The position numbers and the translations under genes are program-made. The notes under the pieces were generated by a model that was given only the letters and a program-made list of their open reading frames with translations, was not told the origin of the DNA and did not search any database. A stretch of DNA of 64,000 bases, taken from assembly GCA_965113315.1 (NCBI GenBank), contig OZ220371.1; one strand, given 5' to 3'. Source of the stretch: Podarcis vaucheri (Eukaryota). The number at the start of each line of letters is the position of its first letter. Within the stretch, counting starts at the first letter, position 1. Shown here piece by piece: positions 25,517-38,169 of this stretch.

Positions 25517-25531
25517 GAAAGAAAGAGAGAG
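25466..25531. repeat. (GAAA)n microsatellite
   Basis: Seen directly. Confidence 0.95.
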
Positions 25532-27289
25532 AATAACACAACATATTGATATTTGATGTTTAAATCTGAGAAATAAATTGCTCAATGATTAGACTGTCAG
25601 GAAACCATAGACAGTGCGGTAGAAAAGGCCTCACAATTCAGCCAATCCATCTCACAGTCAATGCAAGACTGTTGCTAACTGTGTACATTCTCTTAGTGTC
25701 TAGATTGATTATTCAGTCCCAATTACTGACAGGCTCTAATTGCTTAGGCCTAGTTCCAGTTTCTGTTGTTACTCTATTGCCAACATCTATTATTTTATTG
25801 CAAGTGTCAAAACTCTACATGCTGCTTGCAGCGGAGAATTCATGAAAACTGTAGCCTCTTTTAACAAATAATAACAATGCAAATTGGAATGCTTCTAACG
25901 ACTGTCACTGTACCAAAAATGCAGATCTTTTAAAAGTAATTGTTACCCTTAATAAGTATTTCATATGCAATTTAATGGTTTTAAAAATAATTTTCAAGGC
26001 TTAGAATATTTTTTATGGCTGATAGCCCTGCTTCTCTCGTTAATTCTCCCCCACTCAAATGGCTCTTTCAGATGGAGCATTTTCTTTTAGTTACAAGCAT
26101 GTTGACCTCCCTTGCCCTGCTTTCTGCCAGTACAACTGATAGACATTTCATAGGGTGGGGGAGAAGAGGGGTTGCCCCAAATAGTAAGTGTATCTCAATA
26201 CCCTTAGGCTACTTACTTACTTACTTAATTTTTTATTTTTTTATTTGAGATCCCTTCCCCACAGTTTACACAGTTTACACACTGGTAAAGTAATGGTCTC
26301 AGCACTCAGCCTAACATTTCTTTTGGATGTCGATGATATAGAAACCCTTTCAGCTCAAGGGCTAGGAGCATCACTAAAAAAGAATGTCCTCCCGTTCTGG
26401 CTCACAAAAGATACCATGGCTGAAAGCCGCCAAGAGATCAAGTAAGAATGGCAGGGCCACACCACCCTTTCTCACTCCTGTTTAAGGTAATTAAGGCAAT
26501 CCATCTGAGCTAAGCCCAGGTCAGTCCCAGATCCAGGTCTGATCCAGATTGGAAGGGATACAGATAATCAGGCCCACCCATCACAAGAGTGTCTGGGCTG
26601 AGCTGCCACGATCTCCTCAAGTACCTTGCAACAAAGAACAGTATTTGCAAACAGGAGGTTACCCAAAACCTTTGGACCCTGGGTTATTTTCCAAGAGTGG
26701 TTATATTACTGCCTCTTTAAAGGTGACAGAGAATGTTCCCTCTTGCAATGATGCAATCACTAGACTCTGGACCCACCCAGTAAAAGAAACCCTTTTCACA
26801 ATGGACAAAGACTGAGAGGGCACTGTGGTCATATGAGCCCCTGCAAGCACCTTGTCTACATCCCTGGGCTTTCAACCTACTCAAAAATTATCTCTGTGTA
26901 TTTTTAGGATAATAATTATTTTTTCTCTCTCTGTTAACCTTTTGGAAGATTAAATCTGTTTGCCGTGGCATTTACAGCAATCAGACTGAATACATTCATT
27001 ACACAAAACAGACATATCCATGTTTATCATGAGCAATCATTTCCCATCCCTGCTGAGTTCTTGGTCCCTCCACAAATTATATACTATTGCCTATCAATGA
27101 AGCACCAGTAAAATCTAGTTCATTTTTATATGAATATTAAGCTTTTCTTCTTGCTGTCAAACTTTATGGAGGAAAGGAACCACAGAAAATGTTCTGTCAT
27201 AAATAAATTATCAATATTAAGTTGTGAGAATAGCTAAAGTCTTGTAATTCTCCATAGTACTGAAGTACATATAGATAGATATGTACACG

Positions 27290-27635
27290 GTGGTCTCATG
27301 TTGAGATTGCTGTGACATTCTCCAAGTGGGGCTGCCCTTGCGCTTCATTCAGAAGCTGCAGCTAGTGCAGGATGCTGCAACTAAAATACTGAGCGATACG
27401 TCTAGCCATGAACACATTGCACTAGTGCTTAAGGACCTGCAATGGCTGCTAGTTTGCTACTGAGACAAATTCAAGGTTTTACTATTCACCTATAGAGCTC
27501 TAAGCAGCTTAAAGTACTTGGGAGACTGCCTTCCCTTCCATAGGTGAAACTGACCTTCATGACCATCAGTGGAGGACCTGCTGGATGTAGTGAATTGCTA
27601 CCAGGAAACTTGTTGGAAACAGGCCTTTTCAGTCG
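27290..27635 (+). mobile_element. Degenerate L2 ORF2 fragment
   Basis: Encodes GLPLRFIQKLQLVQDAATKIL...HEHIALVLKDLQWLL..FKVLLFTYRAL, and ends near CAGGCCTTTTCAGT (RAFS motif). Confidence 0.8.
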
Positions 27636-27803
27636 TAACAAAAGTGGTCCACTTTTTCTGGCTTGAAAAGTGCCTAGAAGCTGAAAGCATAAGTTGGGAA
27701 AATGAAACTCTTCCCCACTTCCTCTTACAACTCTATGTGTGTTTCAAGGCTCAGATTAATTCTACTGAATCCAACTTATACAGATCCCTTAGAAAAGTGG
27801 TAA

Positions 27804-27840
<37 letters not shown>
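27804..27840. repeat. Compound (GT)n(GA)n microsatellite
   Basis: Seen directly. Confidence 0.95.
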
Positions 27841-27865
27841 CACCTTGCTTTGTTTCTGGTGCTTA

Positions 27866-28204
27866 CAAGGCTGGCCTACCAAGTTGAGTTGGCCTACCGA
27901 GGCGAGTTGTGGCATCCATCTCGGGTAGTGAAATGCCAAGATGTGACACACCGGTGGGCCCCCGTCCCATCCCACCACTGCCAATGGACAAGTAGTAGTC
28001 GAGAAGCAGTGGCACCAGCGATGGCAACTTCTGGCAAGATCTCATGAGATCTCACCAGTATCTCGTGAGATCTTGCTGAATGTACGAGATTTCATCGGAA
28101 CCTGTCACTGCTGCACAACCCAGATAAGGGAGGTGGTGGCAGTAGGATGGCAGTGGCACCTTCCTGTTTTGCCTCAGGCAGCAAAATGTGATGTGCAGCC
28201 CTTA
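27866..28204. mobile_element. Non-autonomous hAT element with 8-bp TSD
   Basis: Direct repeat GGTGCTTA at 27858-27865 and 28205-28212; degenerate termini CAAGGCTGGCC / GCAGCCCTTA; internal GAGATCTC palindromes. Confidence 0.7.
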
Positions 28205-28857
28205 GGTGCTTATGGAACTCACTCAAAAATTTAAAATGTCATCATGGGCCTAAAAAGATTAGCATTCCCTGGATTATAGGGTACTAATACAAACTCGTCG
28301 CCATCAACTTGCATCTGGCTGGCAGCTCATGCTAAATAACAGCCTGCTGCTTCTCTTCAAGGCAGGAGAAAAGAATGCTATACAGCATGCTGCTCCAGGC
28401 ACACACCCTGAGGCACTACTCCTCATGTGTAGTGCAGACAGAATGTCTCAGAGCACCTCAGTTAAGTCCCAGAACCCCATTTCTCCAATGCACATAAAAG
28501 CACTTATTTGTAAGTGTACAATGACTTTTGTGATTATGCGGTTTGAGTCACTATAAATAAATGCAAAGTAAATGGCAATGTGTGCAGAATAGTTTGCACT
28601 TTAGAAACATACTCAATTTTTTAAAAAATGAGCTAGGCTCAGTTGTTCATCAGTTACGATGCAGGGAAAGCATTTCCAGAGCTTCACATGCTTGCTACAG
28701 GACTCCTTTTCACACCCACCCTTTCCTCTTAACCAAATTAGAGAAGTTTACCAGGCCCCAGGCCCAGAATTAGATTTTCATAACGAATCATAGCCCGGGA
28801 ATATATAAAATAGGGGAAATAGAAATGTTTTAAAATACTTTGTGTGTGTTCAGAGTA

Positions 28858-29102
28858 CACTGGTACCTCAGGTTACATACACTTCAGGTTACATACGCTT
28901 CAGGTTACAGACTCCGCTAACCCAGAAATAGTGCTTCAGGTTAAGAACTTTGCTTCAGGATGAGAACAGAAATTGTGCTCCGGCGGCGCAGCAGCAGCAG
29001 CAGGAGGCCCCATTAACTAAAGTGGTGCTTCAGGTTAAGAACAGTTTCAGGTTAAGTACGGACCTCCGGAACAAATTAAGTACTTAACCTGAGGTACCAC
29101 CG
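28858..29102 (+). mobile_element. Tc1/pogo (Tigger-like) MITE, family A copy 1
   Basis: TA flanks; TIR CA(C)TGGTACCTCAGGTTA / TAACCTGAGGTACCAC(C)G; internal TTCAGGTTA repeats. Confidence 0.9.
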
Positions 29103-30416
29103 TATTATTCAACAGTAGGGTTATGTCTTAAATCAGAAGTAGTGAATGTGGTTCCCTCCAGGGATTGTTGGACTACAGCTTCCATGATCCCTGACCACTA
29201 GTCATGCTGGTAGGGATTTAGAATTTGACAACAAATATAGGGCCCCATATTGGCTACCCAAGGCATACAGAGAAGAGCCTTAGTTCTTCTGGACTTCTTA
29301 TGCCCTGGGCCAGATTTAGAGGGCAGGCTGAAACAGGGTGCCAGAGTTGGAGGGTGTTTGTAATGGTGTATCTCCTCAACTCAACAACTTTAATGTAGTA
29401 CAATACATATGTGCCTACCTTAACATGCATGTTTATCAACTTATATGACAAGGATAAATCATGCATACATACTGGGCATCAGAGTTTATGAAAGGGGCTA
29501 CAAAATCAATAAAAAATAATGTTTTTGAAGAGTGGAATGAATGAATAAATGAATGAAACACCAAAGACTTCTAGCCTGAGGCACCGTTTGGTCTAGGGAC
29601 CAAAATTTCAGAGATGAAAATAAGGACATGCTTGTTAACCCAAATTTTCATACCGGGTATGATTGTTTTAACCCCATTACTATTTCCCATTGCTGCCTTT
29701 CCTTGCTTGATTTGTCACAGCCTGCTGCCCACTCATTTACAAACCAAGGGGAGTTTGTTATTTCAGTTAATTAAAAGTGCAAGTACCCTACAAAAGTTCA
29801 AAATATAATCTCAGCAGCTTTAGCATCTGAAATGGCAGGCTGTGCACCGCATGGTGCTTGAAAGTTCAAGCACAGGCATTTAGATGCACTTTGCACAAGA
29901 GACAAGGTGTGCCCATGCCTGACTTTGAGATGTAAGTTCTATAGAACACTGGAAAATGACAACCCTTGCAACTCAGTGTTTAACTCCATGCTAAATGTGT
30001 TGTTGGCATCACCATCAGTTTTTTGTTTTTTGTTTAAAAAAATAAGAATTGCGTAGTACTACTAATTTAGTAATAGCAGGGCGTGGTGTGTGTTTTCATC
30101 AGGACCACAGAGCATGGGGAGGGGAGATTTAAACATCTGAAGCTACAGCCGCCATTTTTTTAAAAAAAATTCCTGTTCTGCATAAAGCAATTGCCCATAA
30201 GGGAGCGCCTTTTTCCTATCAGCAATTGCTGAATGGTTGGGAGAAATTTCACAGATCTCCTATCCATGTACTTTAGCATACTGTTGTGTCCATGCAGTAT
30301 TACTTTTTAAAAAGCAAGCTAATAATGCTGTAGATTACACTTTCAACATATCATACTTAGGCTAGGGTGGCAATGTATCCTACTTTGAAGAGGACATTTT
30401 TCTACTTGAAGGCATA

Positions 30417-30638
30417 CAGTTGTACCTTGGTTGTGTTTACCAGGAAGTCCATTCAACATTCGAAAACCAAGGTGCGGCTTCCGATTGGCTGCAGGATCTT
30501 CCTGCACTCAATCGGAAGCCGCGTCAGACGTTCAGCTTCCAAAAAACGTTCACAAACCGGAACACTCACTTCCAGGTTTGTGGCATTCGGAGGCAAAACG
30601 TCCGAGTACCAAGGCGTTCGACAGCCAAGATACGACTG
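30417..30638 (+). mobile_element. Tc1/pogo MITE, family B copy 1
   Basis: TA flanks; TIR CAGTTGTACCTTGG / CCAAGATACGACTG; central hairpin at 30474-30522. Partial second copy at 52028-52183. Confidence 0.85.
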
Positions 30639-31882
30639 TACTCTGTTTGAAAGGTTGCCATGTCCCAGCCTAGTTTAAAGATAAAGAACCATAGCAGGGG
30701 CAGTGAAAGTATCTATCAGTAGTAAGCACCGGGAAAGCAGACTGAGCAGGCAATCACTATGGTGAGATTGCTGCATTTCTAATTACGTTATAGAAAATAT
30801 CCCTAAATATGCATACATGCATAAAATTAGCATATGTAAATATTCTGCAAATATCTTTTTTTGAGAGGGTGCAACCTGTAAAAAGGCAAAAACAGGGACA
30901 AAACAGAGACAGTGAACAACAAAAAGTAGAAACCATTCCTGGTAAACACAACATGCATTTTACCATGGAGACCCTGAATAGTCAGTATATCTGATATCTC
31001 CCCTAACTGTAGTACAACTTCAACAGCAGCCCACTTCAACAGCAGCCCACATAATTGCCTGATGCCAACAATAGTCATCAACATAAAACAGAAGTAAGTT
31101 CAGGACCTCTGCTTGCAGCAACAACCTTCTCAAAAGCCCTCCGAGCTGAGTGCAAAGGAGCCTGTAGGCGAAACAGTGTATGTTAAGACTGACACACATG
31201 AAATATTAATCCCCCCAATTGCCTACATTTGCATAGTAATAAAAGGAAATTCATCCTCTTGGCCTGCTCTGGCCCCAGTTATGAATTCTGTCACTGTACC
31301 TGAGATTTGGGGAAAAGATCGAGAAAGGGAATGCGTTGTAGAAATATTTCCCTCTGGAAATGGCAACATTAATGGAGCTTATCACTACCATCATTAATTT
31401 AATCAGGAAAAACCTTGAGGCAGAAGGCTGTAGCAATCTGTTAAGAAAACATTTCCCCAAAATGAAAGCAATTGTAATTTCAATTAAGCAGAGGTTCCCC
31501 CCTTGTTCTTTTCTTTTTAACCTACTTCTTGACCCTTTTCTTTTCACAATTCTCACTGATTCTTTCTATCTCATTTCCTCCTCTTCAGTTGAAGATCTGG
31601 CAACTCAGTACCATCTTGCTCTCTAAGGAATGTTGGCTGGTCAACTGTGCACTGAAAAACAACCATCTTATGTAGTTGTTCTGGTGCAATTTAAGGTTGC
31701 ATACTTAGAATCCATAAGTCACATCAAAAGTGGCCTCTTGACAATGCTCTCAAGGTTAGGTTTTGTGTACAGTATAGGCCCCTAATTTAGCACCCAGTGT
31801 ATTGTTTGGTGGCAGGGTGTTGGGGCAGACTGTACTCCTCTTCCTTTTGCCTGAACGCAGCACATGCCTCCCCAGGTATGAT

Positions 31883-32213
31883 GGGAAAGGCCATACCTTA
31901 GTGGTAGAGTATATATTCAGGTAGGGCTGGGAAAACTTCCTGAAACCCTGGAGTACTTTTTGCAATTAGCTGGTTTGGATCAGTGGCATGTAGTCAACTA
32001 ACTTTTACTCAGAGCAGACCCACTAAATTTAATGGCCATGGCTAACTTCTTGTTGTTTAGTCGTGTCTGACTCTTCGTGACCCCATGGACCAGAGCACGC
32101 CAGGCACTCTTGTCTTCATGGTTTACTTAGAGCCATTAATATCAATGGGTCTACTCTGAGTAAAAGTAACTGAATGTAACCCAATGGTCTGACTCTGTGT
32201 AGAGCAGTATCAT
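31883..32213 (+). mobile_element. tRNA-derived SINE (Squam2-like) split by a palindromic MITE (~31985-32182)
   Basis: SINE head GGGAAAGGCCATACCTTAGTGGTAGAG..CAGGTAGGGCTGGGAAA..CTGAAACCCTGGAG and tail CCAATGGTCTGACTCTG flank the inverted arms TTTTACTCAGAGCAGACCCA / TGGGTCTACTCTGAGTAAAA. Confidence 0.7.
32048..32116 (-). mobile_element. RTE-BovB 3' terminal fragment
   Basis: TTGTTGTTTAGTCGTGTCTGACTCTTCGTGACCCCATGGACCAGAGCACGCCAGGC is the reverse complement of the BovB 3' end. Degenerate TSD CATGGCTAACT / CATGGTTTACT. Confidence 0.85.
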
Positions 32214-33783
32214 ATATTCCAATGTTATGCCAGCTGTTTGGCAAGGGGAGAGCATTGAGTGAATTAATCATTTAATTACTAATACTCCTTGCTTTGGTTT
32301 CGTTGATCTACGTCATTATCTTCAAAGTCACCCCTTGCTGCCGATAAATGTTTCAGGTGCTTAAGATGATTTGAGGGAGATGAGTGAGGTCCTTCACATA
32401 TGGATTCATAGAAAAAGTTGGCCTAATTATCACCCAAAATCAGATGGATACAATACCTTCATTATATACCTTTAGCCACCAGGTGAAAATATCCCTCCTC
32501 CACTAAGCTTTTGACTGATTAACATCCTATACCCTTTTAAATGTGTTTGTGGGAGGGGGTGAAGGGGAGGGAGGATTATTGGTTTGTTCTGTTCTTGTTT
32601 TCATTATGTATTCCGTGTTTTTATATTGTATTTTTATAAAGAGCAGTATACAAATTTGATAAACAACAACACCATGACAAACAAAGGAAAAGTCACTAGA
32701 ACAACAGCAACAACATAACAAAGGAAAAGCCATGGGGGCCATCTACGTTATGCCTGGTTTAGAGCACTCTGATTTCAATTCATTGAAGTGAACCACTCCT
32801 AGCCATTGGCTCAGCTGCTGAAGTGCTATGTTTTGAATGTTTATGAACTTTTCAACTGCTCAGAAGTTTAAAGAACTGTCAGCACCCCAAGGCCTCGTAA
32901 CAGATGGGTCTATCTTCAGCTTGTGAGAGATCTTTCAGCAAAGAAGGGAGTCGGTAGATAATGAAGTGCTTATGAACTATTAAATTACATGCATGAGTGT
33001 TTTCTACATATGAGAATCTATGTGAATGGAACATGTGCATCGCGTTAGTAAGAGTGCTAAATGTGTACTGTGTGAACAACCAAGTGTGTGCAGGTTAATG
33101 GGAAAGTGTCTGAAGGAGACAAAGAAATGGAATCCTATGATATTGCACTCACATGAATCACGCCATCTCCTTCCACTACTTGTTGAAATAAATATTCCAA
33201 AGTACTCGTAAAGGCATACAACAAGCAAAGAGCATCTTGAAAAGGACAGATCACCTTCAACATCCAAGTCTCATAAAGGAGTTTTGGCCACCAATGAATC
33301 TCAGCCGAACACCCTTCTGCAAAGCCTTTTGTGATCCCTTTAAGCCCACCCATTCAGAGTAAAGGTCAAGTGGGCAAAAGCCATCAATACTATTCATACT
33401 GACAAAGCCCCTACAGTTCACTGTATGCAGACCATCCACTAGAAGTCTATTATCTGCTATTCACTTTCTCCAACACCCTGATCCTTAGCTCTAAGTCCTT
33501 CCATAACAGTCCCTTTCTTTCATTGTCTTCACTTTCTGCCTCTTGTAATGGCTTCATGTAAAGCATTTGAAAGCTTTCTCTCCTATGTGCCTGGTGATCT
33601 AAGCTATGGCAGCTGACAAGGGGCCCCAAGCAATCTTTTTGTACTACAGGCATTGAGAGCAAAATTTGCAGCTCAAGTCACCTTCTTTTAGGTTCAGTAT
33701 AATGACATTACCCAAAAGAATCACAGCCAGACCCATATTAAAGCACCTTTCCAGCATATTTCCTTTCATTTAGATTACTGTTA

Positions 33784-34014
33784 CAGTGGTACCTCGGGTT
33801 AAGAACTTAATTCGTTCTGGAGGTCCGTTCTTAACCTGAAACTGTTCTTAACCTGAGGTACCACTTTAGCTAATGGGGCCTCCTGCTTGCGCCACGTGAT
33901 TTCTGTTCTCATCCTGAAGCAAATTTCTTAACCCGAGGTACTATTTCTGGGTTAGCGGAGTCTGTAACCTGAAGCATCTGTAACCTGAAGCATCTGTAAT
34001 CCGAGGTACCACTG
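33784..34014 (-). mobile_element. Tc1/pogo MITE, family A copy 2
   Basis: TA|CAGTGGTACCTCGGGTTA ... CCGAGGTACCACTG|TA; reverse complement of 28858-29102. Confidence 0.92.
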
Positions 34015-36794
34015 TACTTGGTCTTTAAAATGTGCAGAAACGTTAGCAATTGCTTAACAGTAAACTGAGCTTTATTGTTTAAATTTGTTTATATATATGG
34101 TCTGGACTTTATCAGGAACTTGAGGATGGAAATGCTTTTCCAGCCTGCATACCTGTCTCAACTGAAAACCAGTCCCTTCTCTCTGATTTAATCCAGATCA
34201 ACAAGACATGCAAGCAACAAATTGCATCCAGTTGGTCATTCAGGCAACAGCTCTTTGGCAATGATCACTGAACATCTTCATCGTATTCCCCCATCCACCC
34301 TGTAATTTCCGGAGCTGGAAAAATATCCCTCCCCTCATCTTACTTAAGGCACAATCCAGCCACAGTTAAGCACCTTTGTGTCCCATAAAACACAATAATC
34401 ACTCTTCTCTCATTGAAATCAATAAAACTTAAAAGTGCTTATGAGTTGTGGCCTTAATGGTTAGGTTGCTGCTGCTGCATTGATTTGTTCTTTGGGCAAC
34501 AGAGTCGATGCATTTTAAAAAATCTTTATTTACTCAAACTCGTGAGTGAAAAACAATTCAAAGCAGGGATGGATACATAATATATATATTTCTATTTAAT
34601 TATACCTAAAATAAAATTAACCCATGCAAACATATGCACCAAATCTCAATCCCTGCTACCAAAAGCTTACTGCACCCCACTTCTGAAAAATGTTACAATT
34701 GGGCTATGGATAAACTGGGCTGAAGGACAGAATAGTCTACTTGTGAAGCAGTCTGAAAGTTCCACTGATTTGTTCAAGATGCATATATACACACAGATTT
34801 CATTATCTACTTGTTTTCTGTGTTTAAGTTAAAATGTCAAGTGTTTAAGAGAAGGGACCAGCTTCTGAAACATTTTATTTAAGTGTTTGTTTCAGCCTGC
34901 TCTGTGCATGCATTCTAGTTAAAAGTGCACTGACATACTTTTGTTCAACTTTACACATCTCATGCCTTGTTTTATGTAAGGAGGCATTGCATTTTGCTTC
35001 TTGTCCTCAGTACCAGAACTGTGTGCACTAATGTTAATGGACTATGTCCTAATTGATCTTCCTTTCCATCATTTCACACTTGGAAAAGCTGGCCTCACAG
35101 TTGTTGGTCACCACCACTGCATTATTTCTGCTGGAGCAGGATCAAATTCACAATGACGATACAGAAGTCGATTAAATGACTCTTTAAGAGTTTCCCCCTT
35201 TTCACTTTGTCAGCAAGCTATGGGAAGCATCTCCATGCACACAAAGGGTTGCACCATAAGAACTCATTGCAATAAGATGTCAAAACTAATCCCACTCCAA
35301 CAGTAGCGCATGCTAAGGAGAAAGCGCAGGCTACAGGCAGGTCCTGTCTTCTTGCCTTCTCTCTAGTTTTTGAATCAACAAAATTTCCACTTGAAGAACC
35401 TTTGTTTTTTTTCCTTTTGAGCAATACTGTGTAGCTATCTATGTAGGGGTTTGCACTAGGACCCAAAGGAACCCACATTCCCTTGGATTCTGAGCTACAT
35501 TCTGCCAGGCTGTCATAGTACATCATTACAGATGTACTCACTTGCTCAGAAATAGACATAGATGGATCTCAGGCAACAAAAACATATTTGCTTGTCCACA
35601 ACACTCTCCATTCCCTGACTGGTGAAATGTGTTGCTTATTTCCACCTGCCAGAGTCACACATTCCACATTACTGCCAGAGGGCCACAAACCACTGCTGAT
35701 TTCTTTGTTGCAGTTAAAACAAAGATGTGCATAGTTCTAGCCGGCAGAACAGAAATTCCCAAAGTTTATGCATATAAAAACATTGTGTCAGGGAATAAAG
35801 CTTTTAATTATTAAAACTGGCATCAGAGTGCCTGCAGCTGGCTTAAGCCATCTTTATGAAAAGTAAGAACACAGCACTAACCCAGCAGAAGAGTTCCCCC
35901 CTTCACTTTCTCTTCTGCACATTCCTCAAAGGGGAATGATCCACTAGTTTTCTTGCACAGCCCCTGTACAGTTCAGACAGGTTTCAGAAGGAAAATGTGG
36001 CATTGGATTGTACCCCAAATTATTTAGTCAACATTCTCATTGTCCCTCTGAATAAAATGAATGAAGAACAAAAAACAACAACAACCAGTGAACAAATTAG
36101 AAGCTAGAGAAATAAAGGCACCAACCATTCAGGAAACACAATATTTTCAGAAATCAACTGGTTTTGGAACTCTGTTTCTAATGTCCACATTAATTAGTAG
36201 TACGATTGCCACTTCAGGAAGACAAAAAAGGAAACAAATTAAGAGGAGACGATGGCTCAGCTTGCCCACTGACTCAAGAAACCAAGGTGGCAAAAATCCT
36301 GGCAATACAGACTAAAACCACAGAGCTAGTGAGCAACCCTATGTAGCAATATGCTCTTTCGTGATTGTGTGCTATAATAACTGCCCATAGGTTAAAAACA
36401 ACAACAACAAGGTTGTGCAAAGTGAAATTGTGGTGATAGAATTGTGCCACAAGCTAAACTGTGAGAGGCATGGCCAAAATGTACAGACTGTGAATATCAT
36501 CATTTAATGTATTTACTTCCTTGCCTGTATAGATAACAGTGTCCCTCAGCTCTGCAGGCAAGGGTGTGCCAGAAGACAGTGAAGGTTATCCATGCCTGCA
36601 CAGTGTTGTAGAATAACCCTTGTATCAAAGTGCAATGGAATTGGATATTCCACGTTAGAACTTCTACACAAGGTCCTACATTTTCTTTCATTTCCATGGT
36701 CTTGTACTGGGAAGGTTATGTAAACTGGGGTTGTGCCATCACTCTCCTTTTACCCCTCTGGTATTTAATTACATTTCACAGAAGTATACATAAG

Positions 36795-36915
36795 TGGTAG
36801 GGAACCTGTGGCCATCCAGAGGTCGCTGGACTACAGCTCCCATGATCCCTGACCATTGGCTATGCTGAATGTGAGTTGTAGTCCAACAAAAACTGGAAAG
36901 CTCCATGTTGGCAAG
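36795..36915. mobile_element. Palindromic hAT MITE copy
   Basis: GGAACCTGTGGCCATCCAGA..GGACTACAGCTCCCATGATCCCTGACC..GAGTTGTAGTCCAACA. Further copies at ~29140-29260, ~41680-41800, 54390-54522, ~57960-58040 and ~63695-63830. Confidence 0.75.
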
Positions 36916-37773
36916 ATATGGAGTAGAGGAGTTTGCCTTATAGCCATTGTTTGCTGACCAGTAATTATAACATCAAAGATTTAGAAAAGAACAAACAGAG
37001 CATTCTTGACTTATTTTAAAAGTATAAATTTTCTAAATCCCTGATGTCTATTGTTCAAGACAGATGAAGTTAATTCACTGGTGAATTAATAATTTTAGAA
37101 TAATAAAAAACATCCAGCAAAGCAGAATATGCAGAGACAATTTTAGCCACACACACACCCCAGCATTCTGCTGGGGAGTTTAGAATTTGTATATTTAGAA
37201 TATGTCAATTACAAGTTATTGCATATGCAACTAAGCTAAAAAAATAGTTGCTTAAAAACCCCACTTGTTAGGTACCTTGTTTATGCCCAGTCCCTCATAA
37301 AGAACTTCCACCTGGAGTCAAATGGAGCATTGAATGAAATTAAAAGAGAACAAATAGCCCTAAATTTTCACAGACAGATGGAAGACATCATGCATTCAAA
37401 GTGTGCTGAAAACAAAATGAGGTCTTTTTGCTCATTGGTATTTTATTTCATTTTTTTGTACAAAGCAGCAATTGCATTTTGAAAAGTTTCCATGAAGGCA
37501 TGAGCTCATTACTTTCAATTAAACCTGTCAGCGTGCTTATGACTGCTGAACTATCTGTCAGCATTTCCATTATGAACTTCTTTTGGTGGGGTATGCTGCC
37601 TAGCCTCATGCCCAAAACTGGTAGAAATGCAGCTCATTTTTAGCCAAGATGCAAACGTTTCAACACAACTGAACATTAAAATGTGACTGGTAGATCTATA
37701 CTGGGGACACACTGCATCTAATGATCTCAGAAAAGATGTGCGCTGGAAAATGGAAACATTGCACATAATACTA

Positions 37774-38169
37774 CTGTTCTTTTCCTTGTATAAGACGATT
37801 TTTTTTTACTCTAAAATAATATTAAAAATTGGGGGTTGTCTTATACACAGATAGTGTTGAGTTGGGATGGGCGTTTGGTTGCAGCCGCGAGCAGGAGCTA
37901 TTAAGCTGTGATTTGGTGGGTGATTGGTAGCTGTGGCAAGGGCTGCTTTAGATTGGCTGCCGCTGTGGTAACTGGTTGTGTAACTGCCGACTGCTGTTGT
38001 CTAGTGGGCCAACGCTTGGTGACTTCTGTGACGTGTGCGATTTGCAGTTTTGTCATTCTTGTGAATTATTTTATGCATTTCCCTACCAAAAAAGCTCAAC
38101 AGTCCTGGGCCATCTCCCCCCATTTTCTTAGATTGTAGTACCCCAAAATAGGGGTCGACTTATACACAG
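37774..38169. mobile_element. Tc2/pogo-type non-autonomous DNA transposon
   Basis: TA flanks; terminal motifs CTG..TTTTCCTTGTATAAGACG and GGGGTCGACTTATACACAG; internal copy GGGGGTTGTCTTATACACAG. Confidence 0.7.

Noticed and set aside
28861-29060. CRISPR-like regularly spaced repeats (TTCAGGTTA)
   Set aside because: Units are only 9-10 bp with irregular short spacers, lie inside a TA-flanked MITE in vertebrate DNA, and have no cas genes.
33450-33662. ORF with coiled-coil-looking end (KDLELRIRVLEK)
   Set aside because: Short, non-ATG start, no convincing splice sites or recognisable homology.
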